A stretch of 64,000 nt of DNA from positions 6,928 through 70,927 of the forward strand of contig VXPC01000014.1 in the NCBI GenBank assembly GCA_009839685.1, given 5' to 3'. The notes beneath the pieces are model-generated. The model was not told where the DNA came from and did no database searches. It saw only the letters and a list, made by a program, of their open reading frames with translations. The first letter of the stretch is position 1. Every line of letters starts with the position of its first letter. The translations under genes and the position numbers were made by a program. The stretch comes from Candidatus Saccharimonadota bacterium (GTDB lineage Bacteria > Patescibacteriota > Saccharimonadia > Saccharimonadales > VXPC01). Of this stretch, positions 35,662 to 44,952 are shown one piece after another.

Positions 35662-36387
35662 TCATTTGGCCATGTGTCGCTTCGGTTCGGCCGAAGGATT
35701 TGCGGGGTAAGCGCGATACCAGTCGTCGTCCCTCGTGGCAACGTTGATTATCGCCCAGACATGGATACCCGCAGCCGCCAAGACAGCCGGGATGCCGATC
35801 CAAATCAAGATCAGGTCGACCGCCTTTGATTCAACAAAAATTGTCGACACGGGGACGGTTATTGCCGCGACCGCGACGACAAAGCCTAACCAGAATTTGC
35901 GCCTGTCTTTTTCGTAAGTGTACAACCAGGTATTGTAGGCGAACATCACGGCCGCCAAGACGGCCACAGTCCGGTTCAAGGGCCGGTGTCGGTAAAGCTT
36001 GTATTGTTTGGCCGGCTTGAGACTTCGGTCGAACAGCAGCCAGGCCCTGACCAACAGCACCGTTGAGGCGCCGGCGTAAGCGGCGTACAGGGATAAGCTT
36101 GGCCCGCGGTCCCAGGCCAAGTACCTGATGGTGTCCGCTAATTCGCCTAGGGACAAGCTTTCCCCGTAATTAACAAACGCCAGCAATTTGAGGTCACCGA
36201 GCAAAAAGGTAAAGATGGCCACCCAGGCAACCACTTCAAGCGCCAGTCCCGTCCATAGTCTGGCTTTATCCTTGTCATAGGTGTACAGCCAAGAGACAGG
36301 GCCGGCCGCCAGACCCAGCAAGATGGCTTCCCTCTTGTTCTTGCCGCCGGCCGGCGCCTTGGCCGGGTCTCTCGTTTTCTTAGCCAT
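35662..36387 (-). CDS. Membrane protein with two TM2-like WLYTY-KD repeats
   Basis: AILLGLAAGPVSWLYTYDKDKARLW and AVLAAVMFAYNTWLYTYEKDRRKFW; paralog of 36395..37078. Confidence 0.78.
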   Translation of the reverse strand: MAKKTRDPAKAPAGGKNKREAILLGLAAGPVSWLYTYDKDKARLWTGLALEVVAWVAIFTFLLGDLKLLAFVNYGESLSLGELADTIRYLAWDRGPSLSLYAAYAGASTVLLVRAWLLFDRSLKPAKQYKLYRHRPLNRTVAVLAAVMFAYNTWLYTYEKDRRKFWLGFVVAVAAITVPVSTIFVESKAVDLILIWIGIPAVLAAAGIHVWAIINVATRDDDWYRAYPANPSAEPKRHMAK

Positions 36388-36394
36388 GGCTACC

Positions 36395-37078
36395 TCAATA
36401 ACGGTAGGGGTAGTCGCGGTACCACTCGGAACCCCTGATCGCGACATCGATTATTACCCAGATATAAATACCGAAGAGAGCCAGGCCAAACAGCAGGTCC
36501 AGCCCGACCAAGGTGGTCCCAGCTGATGCTTCCGCGGCTAATTCGGACAGGATGCTTAAGACGCCGCCCACTGCTGAAACGCCGAAAGCGAGCCAGAACT
36601 TAGCTTTGTCCTTGTCGTAAGTGTAGAGCCAGGCGATATAGGTCAGGAAAATCGCCAGCAGGATGGCCACGACCTGGCTGCGTGGCCGGCGGGGGTATCT
36701 GGCATACCACGCCGCCGGTTTGGCTAAATAATTGATCGCGACGACCAGCCTGGTCAGAAGCGGCAACGCGAATGTTCCGAGCAGGGCCCATTTCTGCCAA
36801 GCGGTGGTACGAACGATATCTATGATATCCCGGACTGTCGCCTCTTCCGCGTTGTAATCGTCGTAGTTGCCCGATGCTATGGCGATAATTAGCATGACGA
36901 TTATGGTCAGCCAAGCCAGGAATTCCAAGACCAAGCCCACCCACATCTTGACCTTGTCCCGGTCGTAGGTGTGAAGCCAGGCGATAGGCCCCATCGCCAG
37001 TCCGAGCAAAACGGCGTCGCCCTTGCTTTTTCTGATAGTTTCCGGCTGGACTGGAGCCGGAGCGTGCAGCGGTTCCAT
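36395..37078 (-). CDS. Membrane protein with two TM2-like WLYTY-KD repeats
   Basis: KSKGDAVLLGLAMGPIAWLHTYDRDKVKMW and RSQVVAILLAIFLTYIAWLYTYDKDKAKFW. Confidence 0.78.
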   Translation of the reverse strand: MEPLHAPAPVQPETIRKSKGDAVLLGLAMGPIAWLHTYDRDKVKMWVGLVLEFLAWLTIIVMLIIAIASGNYDDYNAEEATVRDIIDIVRTTAWQKWALLGTFALPLLTRLVVAINYLAKPAAWYARYPRRPRSQVVAILLAIFLTYIAWLYTYDKDKAKFWLAFGVSAVGGVLSILSELAAEASAGTTLVGLDLLFGLALFGIYIWVIIDVAIRGSEWYRDYPYRY

Positions 37079-37111
37079 TATTAAGCCGTATTATACACCG
37101 AACCCGGCGCG

Positions 37112-38137
37112 TCACTTGTATTTGAGGATATCCATCAAGGTGTCGGCGGAGACGTCGTCGGGCGAGCTGTCGACTAGTTGCTCCAGCTCCTTCCTGACCG
37201 CTTCTTCGTCCAAGCCGGTGCCGATGACGACCAAATCGGTTTGCGGCGTCTGCCCCATCTCCCATTCGTCCAGTTTCAAGCTGCAGCGTTTGCCAACCGC
37301 CTGGAAGATGAACTTCTGACCGATTCCCTTCATGCCGAAGAAGATGATGCCTTTAGCTCTGAAGACGGCCGGATCCAGATCGGCCGCCCAAGCCTCGAAC
37401 TTGCGAGGATCAAGTGGCTCCTGGGTGCTTAAGGAGACGGTCTGGAACCTGTCGTGCAGGTGTTCGTGATTGTGCTCATGGTCGTGGTCGTGGTCGTGAT
37501 GATGGCCGGCTTTGAGGTTTAGCTGGGCCGACGGTTTCTCCTCCAAGTCCAGCAGCAGGTGGAAATCAACCCGGCCGTGGCTGGCTTCCAACAGACGCGC
37601 CTTGGGGTTGGCCAGCCGGATCGCCTTGCGGATATCGGCCAGCTTCGGCGCGTCCACCAAATCCACTTTGTTGACGATGACGATGTCGGTGACGGCCAGG
37701 TCGCTGACGGCGTTTTCATTGGTCTGGTTGTTCTTCTCGAAGTTGTCGGCGTCAACGACGCTGACCAAGGCGTCGAAATGGGCGTAATTGTTCTTCAGCA
37801 GGCGCAGCATCGTGGCCAGCTCCCTGGGCTCGGCCAATCCGGAAGCTTCGACGACGATATAGTCCAGCCGGCTGCCCTGATGGGCCAGCTGGCCGATGGC
37901 GTCGTCCAGATTCTCGCCCTCCAGAGTGCAGCAGATGCAGCCGTTGCTCAGCTCCAAAGCCGTGTCCGTTTGGGCCGCCACCAGCATCGAGTCGATGTTG
38001 ACTTCGCCGAAATCGTTGATAATCACGCCTACTTTCAAACCTTCGTCGTTGCCCAGCAAGTGATTAAGCAGGCTGGTTTTGCCGGCGCCCAAAAAGCCGG
38101 TCAGCAGCAGGATGGGGATTGAATTGCGGCGGGGCAT
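37112..38137 (-). CDS. CobW/COG0523 family GTPase (metallochaperone)
   Basis: TGFLGAGKT, INDFG, ELSNGCICCT, EASGLA, NKVDL, His-rich linker HHHDHDHDHEHNHEHLHD, FRAKG. Confidence 0.93.
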   Translation of the reverse strand: MPRRNSIPILLLTGFLGAGKTSLLNHLLGNDEGLKVGVIINDFGEVNIDSMLVAAQTDTALELSNGCICCTLEGENLDDAIGQLAHQGSRLDYIVVEASGLAEPRELATMLRLLKNNYAHFDALVSVVDADNFEKNNQTNENAVSDLAVTDIVIVNKVDLVDAPKLADIRKAIRLANPKARLLEASHGRVDFHLLLDLEEKPSAQLNLKAGHHHDHDHDHEHNHEHLHDRFQTVSLSTQEPLDPRKFEAWAADLDPAVFRAKGIIFFGMKGIGQKFIFQAVGKRCSLKLDEWEMGQTPQTDLVVIGTGLDEEAVRKELEQLVDSSPDDVSADTLMDILKYK

Positions 38138-38258
38138 GTCGTCTGGGTGATCTTAAGAGGTTTGGGTATACACGTACCCGTAATGATAACACAGACTGTA
38201 CCGGCAGCTTCCGATCCTCTTGCTGGCAATAACTTGGCGATTATGTTGTAATAAAGAC

Positions 38259-38657
38259 ATGGAACAACTCAACGGACAGTCGGCAGATTTTGAACTGCTG
38301 GAAATTGAAGCGGAAGATATCAGAGTGATGGATATCGAGGTGCCGCTCTTTTACGAACATTCGCCCGAACCGTTTACCGACCTCGGTCTGCGTCTGGTTA
38401 TCTCCGAGGACCGTCCGTCCGTGGATCTGACCCATGCCGATACCGAGGTGTGCATCGTCAAAGAACCGGCTTTTAGATGTTTTGTTCATTATCCGCAGCA
38501 AGACTGCCCGCCCCTTTTCAGCGCCAATGAGGAGCTGGTCGGCATGTTGCTGGAGAAGGAGTTCCCTTTTACGGAGATGAAGCGGCCGCAAGGCTTGGCT
38601 TTTGATCTCTACTGCAAGCTCATAACCTACGGCTTTCTTAAGACGTTTGAGGATTGA
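38259..38657 (+). CDS. Hypothetical protein
   Basis: Acidic ORF between cobW and the hydrolase; no recognisable motif. Confidence 0.6.
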   Translation: MEQLNGQSADFELLEIEAEDIRVMDIEVPLFYEHSPEPFTDLGLRLVISEDRPSVDLTHADTEVCIVKEPAFRCFVHYPQQDCPPLFSANEELVGMLLEKEFPFTEMKRPQGLAFDLYCKLITYGFLKTFED

Positions 38658-38732
38658 AGTGAAGTTTGCCGGGCTCGAGAGCGGTTCCGATTGATATAAT
38701 TGGCCTAGTTCGCAATATCGCGCAGGCAACTA

Positions 38733-39680
38733 ATGAACAGGCTCGCCCCAGATGACTTCAAAGACTACGTTTCAGACCTGAAGATAGACGGTTTGCGCGG
38801 CCGCTATTGGCAAGCGCCGGCTCTGAGCAAGCGGGCGTCAGCGCGTACTCTGGTAGCCGTCTACGGCCACCACTCCTCTCTGGAGCGCAATCTCGGCCTG
38901 GCCCAATACCTGCGCCGTTTCGGCCGGGTTCTCATCCCCGACCTGCCCGGCTTCGGCGGCATGGACAGCTTTTATGAGACCGGCCGGTTGCCGACGCTGG
39001 ACAATTACGCCGACTACTTGAAGGCTTTTTTGGATGCCGAGCTGGATAAGGACAAGCCCGTCGTCCTGGTCGGTTTCAGCCTCGGCTTCCTGATCGCGAC
39101 CCGCTTCCTGCAGCGGCACCCCGCTTACCGCGAGCGGGTTTCATCGGCGGTTTCGGTTGCCGGTTTCGTCAAGCACGACTGCTTGAAGTTCGATCCCGGC
39201 CGGCGGTGTTTCTACTTGACGGTAGCCAACACAGTCAGAACCAAGCTGGGAGCGGCCGTTTTCCGCCGCCTGCTGCTGAACAGGTGGGTGCTGCGGCGGT
39301 TTTACGCCCGGACTTACTCGGCCCGGCACAAATTCGCCGGCCGATCTCCAGCTGACCGGGAGCGGTTCCTGAAAATGGAAGTCGGCTTGTGGCATCTGAA
39401 CGATTCCAGGACCTGGGCCTTCACGGCCAAGGAGATGCTGACCTGCGATTTGACTGGCAAGCGGTTGAAACTGCCCCTTTTCCATCTGGACGTGGCCGGC
39501 GACCAGTTCCTTGACGCGGCCACCAATTTAGCCAATCTGAAAAGGATATATAATAAGGTCGAAGTCTTGAACGTTGAATCGTCGGCGCACGCGCCGAGCG
39601 TGATAGCCTCGGCCGAAGAAATCGAAGCCATCATGCCCGACGACATGGCGGATGTCGTCCGGCGGAGTTTCAAAGGCTGA
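38733..39680 (+). CDS. Alpha/beta fold hydrolase
   Basis: PDLPGFG, GFSLG nucleophile elbow, GDQ, late His (SAHAP). Confidence 0.88.
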   Translation: MNRLAPDDFKDYVSDLKIDGLRGRYWQAPALSKRASARTLVAVYGHHSSLERNLGLAQYLRRFGRVLIPDLPGFGGMDSFYETGRLPTLDNYADYLKAFLDAELDKDKPVVLVGFSLGFLIATRFLQRHPAYRERVSSAVSVAGFVKHDCLKFDPGRRCFYLTVANTVRTKLGAAVFRRLLLNRWVLRRFYARTYSARHKFAGRSPADRERFLKMEVGLWHLNDSRTWAFTAKEMLTCDLTGKRLKLPLFHLDVAGDQFLDAATNLANLKRIYNKVEVLNVESSAHAPSVIASAEEIEAIMPDDMADVVRRSFKG

Positions 39681-39692
39681 CAGGCAGACCTC

Positions 39693-40841
39693 ATGAAGAT
39701 CGGTATCGTCTCCCCTTACTATATGCATGCCTTCGGCGGCGTGCAGACCTTGATCAAGCACCTCCAGCGCCTGTTGGCGGAGCGCGGCCATGAGGTGCTG
39801 ATTATCGCGCCCAAGCCGCGGTTGGAGACCTCGATGGAAAAAACGCCCGACGGCGTCGTCCTGCTCGGCGTCAGTGCCGAGGTCAATTTCAAGAATCCTT
39901 TCCATACGACCTTTCCGCTGGCCGCATCCAGCCGCCGGCTGGTGGCCGACTTCCTCAAGGACTACGAATTCGACGTCCTCAATATCCACGAACCTTGGAT
40001 GCCGCTTCTGCCCTACCAGATCCTTCAGGAGGCGACCTGCCCGATCGTCGGCACCACCCACGCCCGCTGGCCCCGGTCATGGTTCAACAAGTCGCTGGAA
40101 AAAGTCCGCACGCCTTATTTCCGGCTTGTCCTAAACAAGCTCGACAAGATTACGGCCGTCTCCAGCGTGGCGGCCAAGAACGTCAACTTCGTCGACAAGA
40201 GCCTGGAGGTGCAGATCATTCCCAACGCCATTGACAGAGAGGTATTCGGCCAGCGGATTGACGGGCTGCGCCAGCCGGAACACGAACCCTATATCCTCTA
40301 TTTAAACCGCCTGGAAAGACGCAAGGGCCCCCTATTGCTGCTCAAGGCTTACCGCGAATACGTCAGCCGGACCAAGCAACGGCCCTTGCCGCTGGTGATG
40401 GCCGGCGCCGGCCCGCAGGCCGACAGCTTGTATAACTATGTTGTTCGGTATGGTCTCGACAGCCTTGTCAGCTTCGAAGGCTTCGTCAGCGACCAACGCA
40501 AGATGGAGCTTTTTGCCAATGCCCACCTCTACGTTTCCCCGGCCCCCTTCGGCGAGAGTTTCGGTATCGTCCTGTTGGAGTCGATGGCGGCCGGCCTGCC
40601 GATCCTAGCTGGTAACAACGAAGGTTACAAAACCGTTTTAACCGGCGCGGGAGCCGATTCCTTGATCAATCCCAGAGAGCCGGAGGGTTTCGCCGCCGCC
40701 ATGGACAAGTTCTGCAACGACGATGAGCTGAGGGCCGACTGGATCAACTGGGCCGGCGGGGAGATCGGCCGCTACGACTACCCCCTGATCGTCGACCAGT
40801 ACGAAGAGTGTTTCAAGATGGTTGCCGGCAAACTGGTCTAA
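39693..40841 (+). CDS. Glycosyltransferase family 4 (PimA-like mannosyltransferase)
   Basis: MKIGIVSPY...GGVQ, LNIHEP, RKG, GESFGIVLLESMAAG. Confidence 0.9.
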   Translation: MKIGIVSPYYMHAFGGVQTLIKHLQRLLAERGHEVLIIAPKPRLETSMEKTPDGVVLLGVSAEVNFKNPFHTTFPLAASSRRLVADFLKDYEFDVLNIHEPWMPLLPYQILQEATCPIVGTTHARWPRSWFNKSLEKVRTPYFRLVLNKLDKITAVSSVAAKNVNFVDKSLEVQIIPNAIDREVFGQRIDGLRQPEHEPYILYLNRLERRKGPLLLLKAYREYVSRTKQRPLPLVMAGAGPQADSLYNYVVRYGLDSLVSFEGFVSDQRKMELFANAHLYVSPAPFGESFGIVLLESMAAGLPILAGNNEGYKTVLTGAGADSLINPREPEGFAAAMDKFCNDDELRADWINWAGGEIGRYDYPLIVDQYEECFKMVAGKLV

Positions 40842-40914
40842 CGCCGTCTTCCGGACGGGTTGTTGTGATATAATCGCTCCTAAGTAGAGGCAGTTTTAAG
40901 GGCTTAGATATCGA

Positions 40915-42057
40915 ATGCTTAACCACGACCCTTCGGATAAACCCAAAGTAAATCTGGAGGTCTCCGCCGGCACGGCTTTCAAGGTGACCGGCGTCGTCTT
41001 GCTGATGATTCTAAGCATGGAATTCGGAGGCAGCATCTTCACGATCATCTTGCTGTTCTTGGCAGCCCTGTTCTTGGCCGTGGCCCTCAACCCGGCCGTC
41101 GGCCGCATCAGCGAGGCTTTGAAGATCAAGCGGCGGGGGTTGGCGACGGGCATCGCTTTCGCCCTAGTCATGGCTATTTTGACCAGTTTTCTGACCGTTA
41201 CCATCGTGCCGTTAGTTAATCACGTCAGAGATTTTGCCGGCGGCAGCGTAGACGACGAAGGGAGCCTTATCTCCAGAGTCGAGACCTTCCAGGAACAGGA
41301 CAATTTCGTTTCCAGATTGGCTGACCGTTATGAAATTGACGAACGGCTGTCTGAGCTGGCAAACGAGGTGTCCACCCGACTGGGTGAAAATACCGACAGC
41401 ATAGTCGATATTTTTGTCAAATCGCTGTCGGCCGTGGGCAGCTTCATAGCCGTCATGATTATGGCTTTCCTGATTCTGGTTGAGGGTCCGGCTTTTATCA
41501 AGCAGATCAGAGTGCTGCTGCCGAAGGAGAGAGCCCGCAAGTGGCACCGATTAGGCAAGGAAATGAGCCGGGTGATCACAGGATACATCAACGGCCAGCT
41601 TATCATTGCCGTAATCGCCGGGCTGTTCGCCATGTTGTTCATGACTATTTTCGGGGTACCCAACGCCTTGGCGATGGCCGGCATCGTAACCTTCTTTGCC
41701 CTAGTCCCCTTGTTCGGCGCTCTGGTCGGCTCGGCAATCGTTGTCATCCTGACCCTGTTGGTCAATGTCAATTTGGCGCTGCTGCTGGTGGCCTACTTCT
41801 TTATCTATCAGCAAGTCGAGAACGCTACCATCCAGCCCTGGATTCAAGGCCAGCAGACCAATTTGAGCACCCTGCAGGTTTTCTTGGCCGCCCTGGTCGG
41901 CGTCCAGGTAGCGGGCGTGTTCGGCGTGTTACTGTCCGTGCCGCTGGCAGCTTGCCTGAAGATCGTCATTGTCGACTACTTGAAGACCCATAAAGACTAC
42001 ATAGAGAAGAAATACCTGTCCGTGTCAGCTTCCAAGAAACGCGACGCGGCCAAGTGA
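40915..42057 (+). CDS. AI-2E family transporter
   Basis: LAVALNPAV, GYINGQL, LVPLFG, YQQVEN..IQP, GVLLSVPLAA. Confidence 0.9.
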   Translation: MLNHDPSDKPKVNLEVSAGTAFKVTGVVLLMILSMEFGGSIFTIILLFLAALFLAVALNPAVGRISEALKIKRRGLATGIAFALVMAILTSFLTVTIVPLVNHVRDFAGGSVDDEGSLISRVETFQEQDNFVSRLADRYEIDERLSELANEVSTRLGENTDSIVDIFVKSLSAVGSFIAVMIMAFLILVEGPAFIKQIRVLLPKERARKWHRLGKEMSRVITGYINGQLIIAVIAGLFAMLFMTIFGVPNALAMAGIVTFFALVPLFGALVGSAIVVILTLLVNVNLALLLVAYFFIYQQVENATIQPWIQGQQTNLSTLQVFLAALVGVQVAGVFGVLLSVPLAACLKIVIVDYLKTHKDYIEKKYLSVSASKKRDAAK

Positions 42058-42061
42058 GATC

Positions 42062-43468
42062 CTAACTTGGCCGCCAGATTTGTCCGTAGTCGGTGTCCAA
42101 GACTTTAATGCCACCAGCTGAAAGCTCTTCCCTTAGTCGGTCGCCGAGGTTGAAGTCCCCGACCTCTCTAGCCGCGGCACGCTTGTCAAGCAACTCTCTT
42201 TGCTCAGGCCGCAGATCCGCCAGTTCGCTAAGCTTCAGGCCGAATATTTCATCCACCTCCCTTATGAATGCCTCCAAGTGAGGCTTAACGGCATCCGGCA
42301 TTTTTTCAGCAGCCAAACCTTGAGCAACTTCGTCCAGTTTTTCCAAGGCTTTGGGGCTGTTCAGATCGTCGGCCAGCTCGCGCCCGACCTCTTCCAAGGT
42401 TGTTTGCAGCCTGGAAGCCAGTACGTCCGCCTCGCCGGCGCCTTGTAGCTGGTAACGCCTGGCCGACAATGCCTGCAACCGGCTTAACCGCCGGTCGGCG
42501 GCTTCCATCATATCCCAGTTGAAATCGGCTAAACTGCGATAGCGCACGCTGAAGACCGCCAAGCGCAACACCCGCAGGTCGTAACCCTTGGCCTCAATAT
42601 CTTCAAGGGTATAAAAATTATTCAGGCTCTTGGACATCTTCTCGCCATTGACCGTAATGAAGTCGCTGTGCAGCCAAATCTTGGCTAGCGGCCGGTCGTA
42701 AGCGGCTTCGCTCTGCGCCAGCTCATTGGTGTGGTGAACGGGTATATGGTCGATGCCGCCGGCATGAATATTGATCGGCTGGCCCAAATAGTGCCGGCAC
42801 ATGGCCGAGCATTCCAGATGCCAACCCGGGAAACCCTTGCCCCACGGCGAATCCCATTCCATGTCGCGCACCTGGTTGGCGGGAGTCAGTTTCCACAAGG
42901 CAAAGTCCGTCGCGTTCCGCTTTTGCGGGTTAAACTCGACTCTGGCGCCCGCTTGAACACCTTCTTTGTCCAGCTTGGCCAATTTGCCGTAATCGGCCAA
43001 TTTGGCCGTATCGTAGTAAACGCCGTCGTCAATCAGGTAGGTGAAACCCTTCTTTTCCAACTCCTCTATCAAGGAGATCTGCTGCTCTATGTGCTGACTG
43101 GCTTTGGGCAGATGGTCAGGCGCGGTGAAATTCAGCCTCTTCAGGGCCTCGAGAAAGTAGGAGGTGTAAAAATCCGCTACTTCGTAAGCCGTTTTGCGCT
43201 CGCTCCTAGCTTTCTTGGCCAGCTTGTCTTCCCCTTCGTCGCCGTCGCTGACCAAATGCCCGACGTCCGTGATATTCATGACCCAAACCGGTTTGAAGCC
43301 ATCGGCCCGCAAGGTTCGGATCAGCAAATCCCAGCGCAGGAAAGCGTACCAATTGCCTAAGTGGGGGTAATCGTAGACGGTCGGCCCGCAAGAATAAACG
43401 CTCACAACCCCGCTATCGTCGGCCGTGACGGGCTGCAACTGCCGGCTCAAGGTATCACGCAGCTTCAC
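42062..43468 (-). CDS. cysS: Cysteine--tRNA ligase
   Basis: YSCGPTVYD.PHLGN, NITDVGH, DFALWK, PGWHLECSAM, HAGG.DH..HHTNE, KMSKS. Confidence 0.97.
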   Translation of the reverse strand: MKLRDTLSRQLQPVTADDSGVVSVYSCGPTVYDYPHLGNWYAFLRWDLLIRTLRADGFKPVWVMNITDVGHLVSDGDEGEDKLAKKARSERKTAYEVADFYTSYFLEALKRLNFTAPDHLPKASQHIEQQISLIEELEKKGFTYLIDDGVYYDTAKLADYGKLAKLDKEGVQAGARVEFNPQKRNATDFALWKLTPANQVRDMEWDSPWGKGFPGWHLECSAMCRHYLGQPINIHAGGIDHIPVHHTNELAQSEAAYDRPLAKIWLHSDFITVNGEKMSKSLNNFYTLEDIEAKGYDLRVLRLAVFSVRYRSLADFNWDMMEAADRRLSRLQALSARRYQLQGAGEADVLASRLQTTLEEVGRELADDLNSPKALEKLDEVAQGLAAEKMPDAVKPHLEAFIREVDEIFGLKLSELADLRPEQRELLDKRAAAREVGDFNLGDRLREELSAGGIKVLDTDYGQIWRPS

Positions 43469-44519
43469 TTCCCGCCTCCTCGGCCAGCAACTCTTCGGCC
43501 GTCCTTAAGACGTCGGCTTCTATCTGGGCGAAATCCAAACCCTCGGCTTCCCACTTAGCGCCGGCCGCGTAGGGGTGGCCGCCGCCGCCGAAGGTTTCGG
43601 CCAGATTTTTGGCTACTTGGCAGCCGCGGTAGCACCTGATGCGCAGGGTGACGCGGAAGAGCCGGCCGAGTTGATCCTCGTATTTCTTAAAGCCCAGGCT
43701 CAACCTGACGTTTTCGACCGCCTTCATCTCATCCAAGACGATGGTCGGATTGAACAGGGTGCCGGTCTGCTTGATTTCCTCGTACTCAATCGCCAAAACC
43801 GCTATCTGCTCGCTCCCATGAAACCTGATTCTCTGCAGCAATTCGCCCCGGTAAGCCAGCAATTTGACGGGCAGTTCCTGCCACTTGAGCCTTCTTTGGG
43901 CTAAACTGCTCAGGTTTACGCCCAAATCGACCAGGTCGGCGACCGCCCTTAGGGGTTCAGAGTTGCCGACCATGACCTGGCTGGTAAATCCCAAGCTGTC
44001 GCTCAGAATACTGGCTGTCAGGAAAGTAGCGGCGGTTTCATTAAGCGGCCAACCCAAGTGTTTGGCGGCGGCAAGGATTAACTGCCCGGTAGCGGCCATC
44101 TCCGGCCGGTTCAACCTCAGTGTCGCGAAATCAATGTCGGTGTCCGAAGCGTGATGATCTAAAATAACGAACGGCTTGAGTTTGAGTCTCTCCATGATCG
44201 CCGGCCGGTCCTCTTCGGCGCCTAACAGGTTGCTGACGCTGTTATCAACCATGACGGCCAGCTCGAAACCGCCGTTTAGGTCGGTGTTGAATCTTTCCCA
44301 GCCGGTCAGGAAGCGCAGATAGGTCGGAATCTCGGTCCGGCAATACAAAAACACCTCTTTGCCCATATTCGACCAGATTTCCTCCAAGGCTAGGGCCGAG
44401 CCGAGGCTGTCAGCATCCGGGTTGTTGGCGACGATAACGGTAACCTTGCCGGCTTGATCCAGCAGCGACCCCAACTGGTCAAACAGCGCTGTCAACCCCG
44501 AGTGTTCCGAATCGTTCAA
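43455..44519 (-). CDS. DHH family phosphoesterase (NrnA-like)
   Basis: NPDADSLGS, MVD, ILDHH, ILSDS, FGGGGHPYAAG. Confidence 0.9.
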   Translation of the reverse strand: MNDSEHSGLTALFDQLGSLLDQAGKVTVIVANNPDADSLGSALALEEIWSNMGKEVFLYCRTEIPTYLRFLTGWERFNTDLNGGFELAVMVDNSVSNLLGAEEDRPAIMERLKLKPFVILDHHASDTDIDFATLRLNRPEMAATGQLILAAAKHLGWPLNETAATFLTASILSDSLGFTSQVMVGNSEPLRAVADLVDLGVNLSSLAQRRLKWQELPVKLLAYRGELLQRIRFHGSEQIAVLAIEYEEIKQTGTLFNPTIVLDEMKAVENVRLSLGFKKYEDQLGRLFRVTLRIRCYRGCQVAKNLAETFGGGGHPYAAGAKWEAEGLDFAQIEADVLRTAEELLAEEAGSEAA

Positions 44520-44541
44520 AGTTCTTCCTTTCTCGAAGGAA

Positions 44542-44835
44542 TCAGAGGCCCAAGTTGCCCAACTGGCCCATGAAGGGCTTCATCGTCTCGGCCGCCAGTT
44601 TCTGGCTCTGGGCGATGGCCTCCTTCATGGCTTCCGCCAGCCACTCCTCCAGCTCGCCGACATTCTCCAAATCGACCCGGTCGGGGTCGATATGGACTTT
44701 CTTCACTTTCTGCTCGCCGGTGATCTCAATGACGACGGCGCCTCCGCCGCCCTCAACCTCCAAGGTTTCTTTCTTAAGCTGTTTTTGGGCTTTGCGGACC
44801 TGCAAAAGCAGTTTGGCTTGATCGAATCTGTTCAT
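44542..44835 (-). CDS. ybaB: YbaB/EbfC nucleoid-associated protein
   Basis: KAQKQL...VEGGGGAVVIEITGEQKVKKVHIDP...LEEWL.EAM.EA. Confidence 0.9.
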   Translation of the reverse strand: MNRFDQAKLLLQVRKAQKQLKKETLEVEGGGGAVVIEITGEQKVKKVHIDPDRVDLENVGELEEWLAEAMKEAIAQSQKLAAETMKPFMGQLGNLGL

Positions 44836-44952
44836 GGCTACCATCTTAACAGGCTTGGAGTCTTTTTGCGACCCTGCTTGTTCAAGGCGAACTGCGAATC
44901 CAGGCCTTTATTTTCGTTTGAGTGAAATAAACTCAACCAGCGTACCCTAGGG

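Noticed and set aside
35553-35741. 62-aa ORF
   Set aside because: Overlaps tRNA-Gln; spurious.
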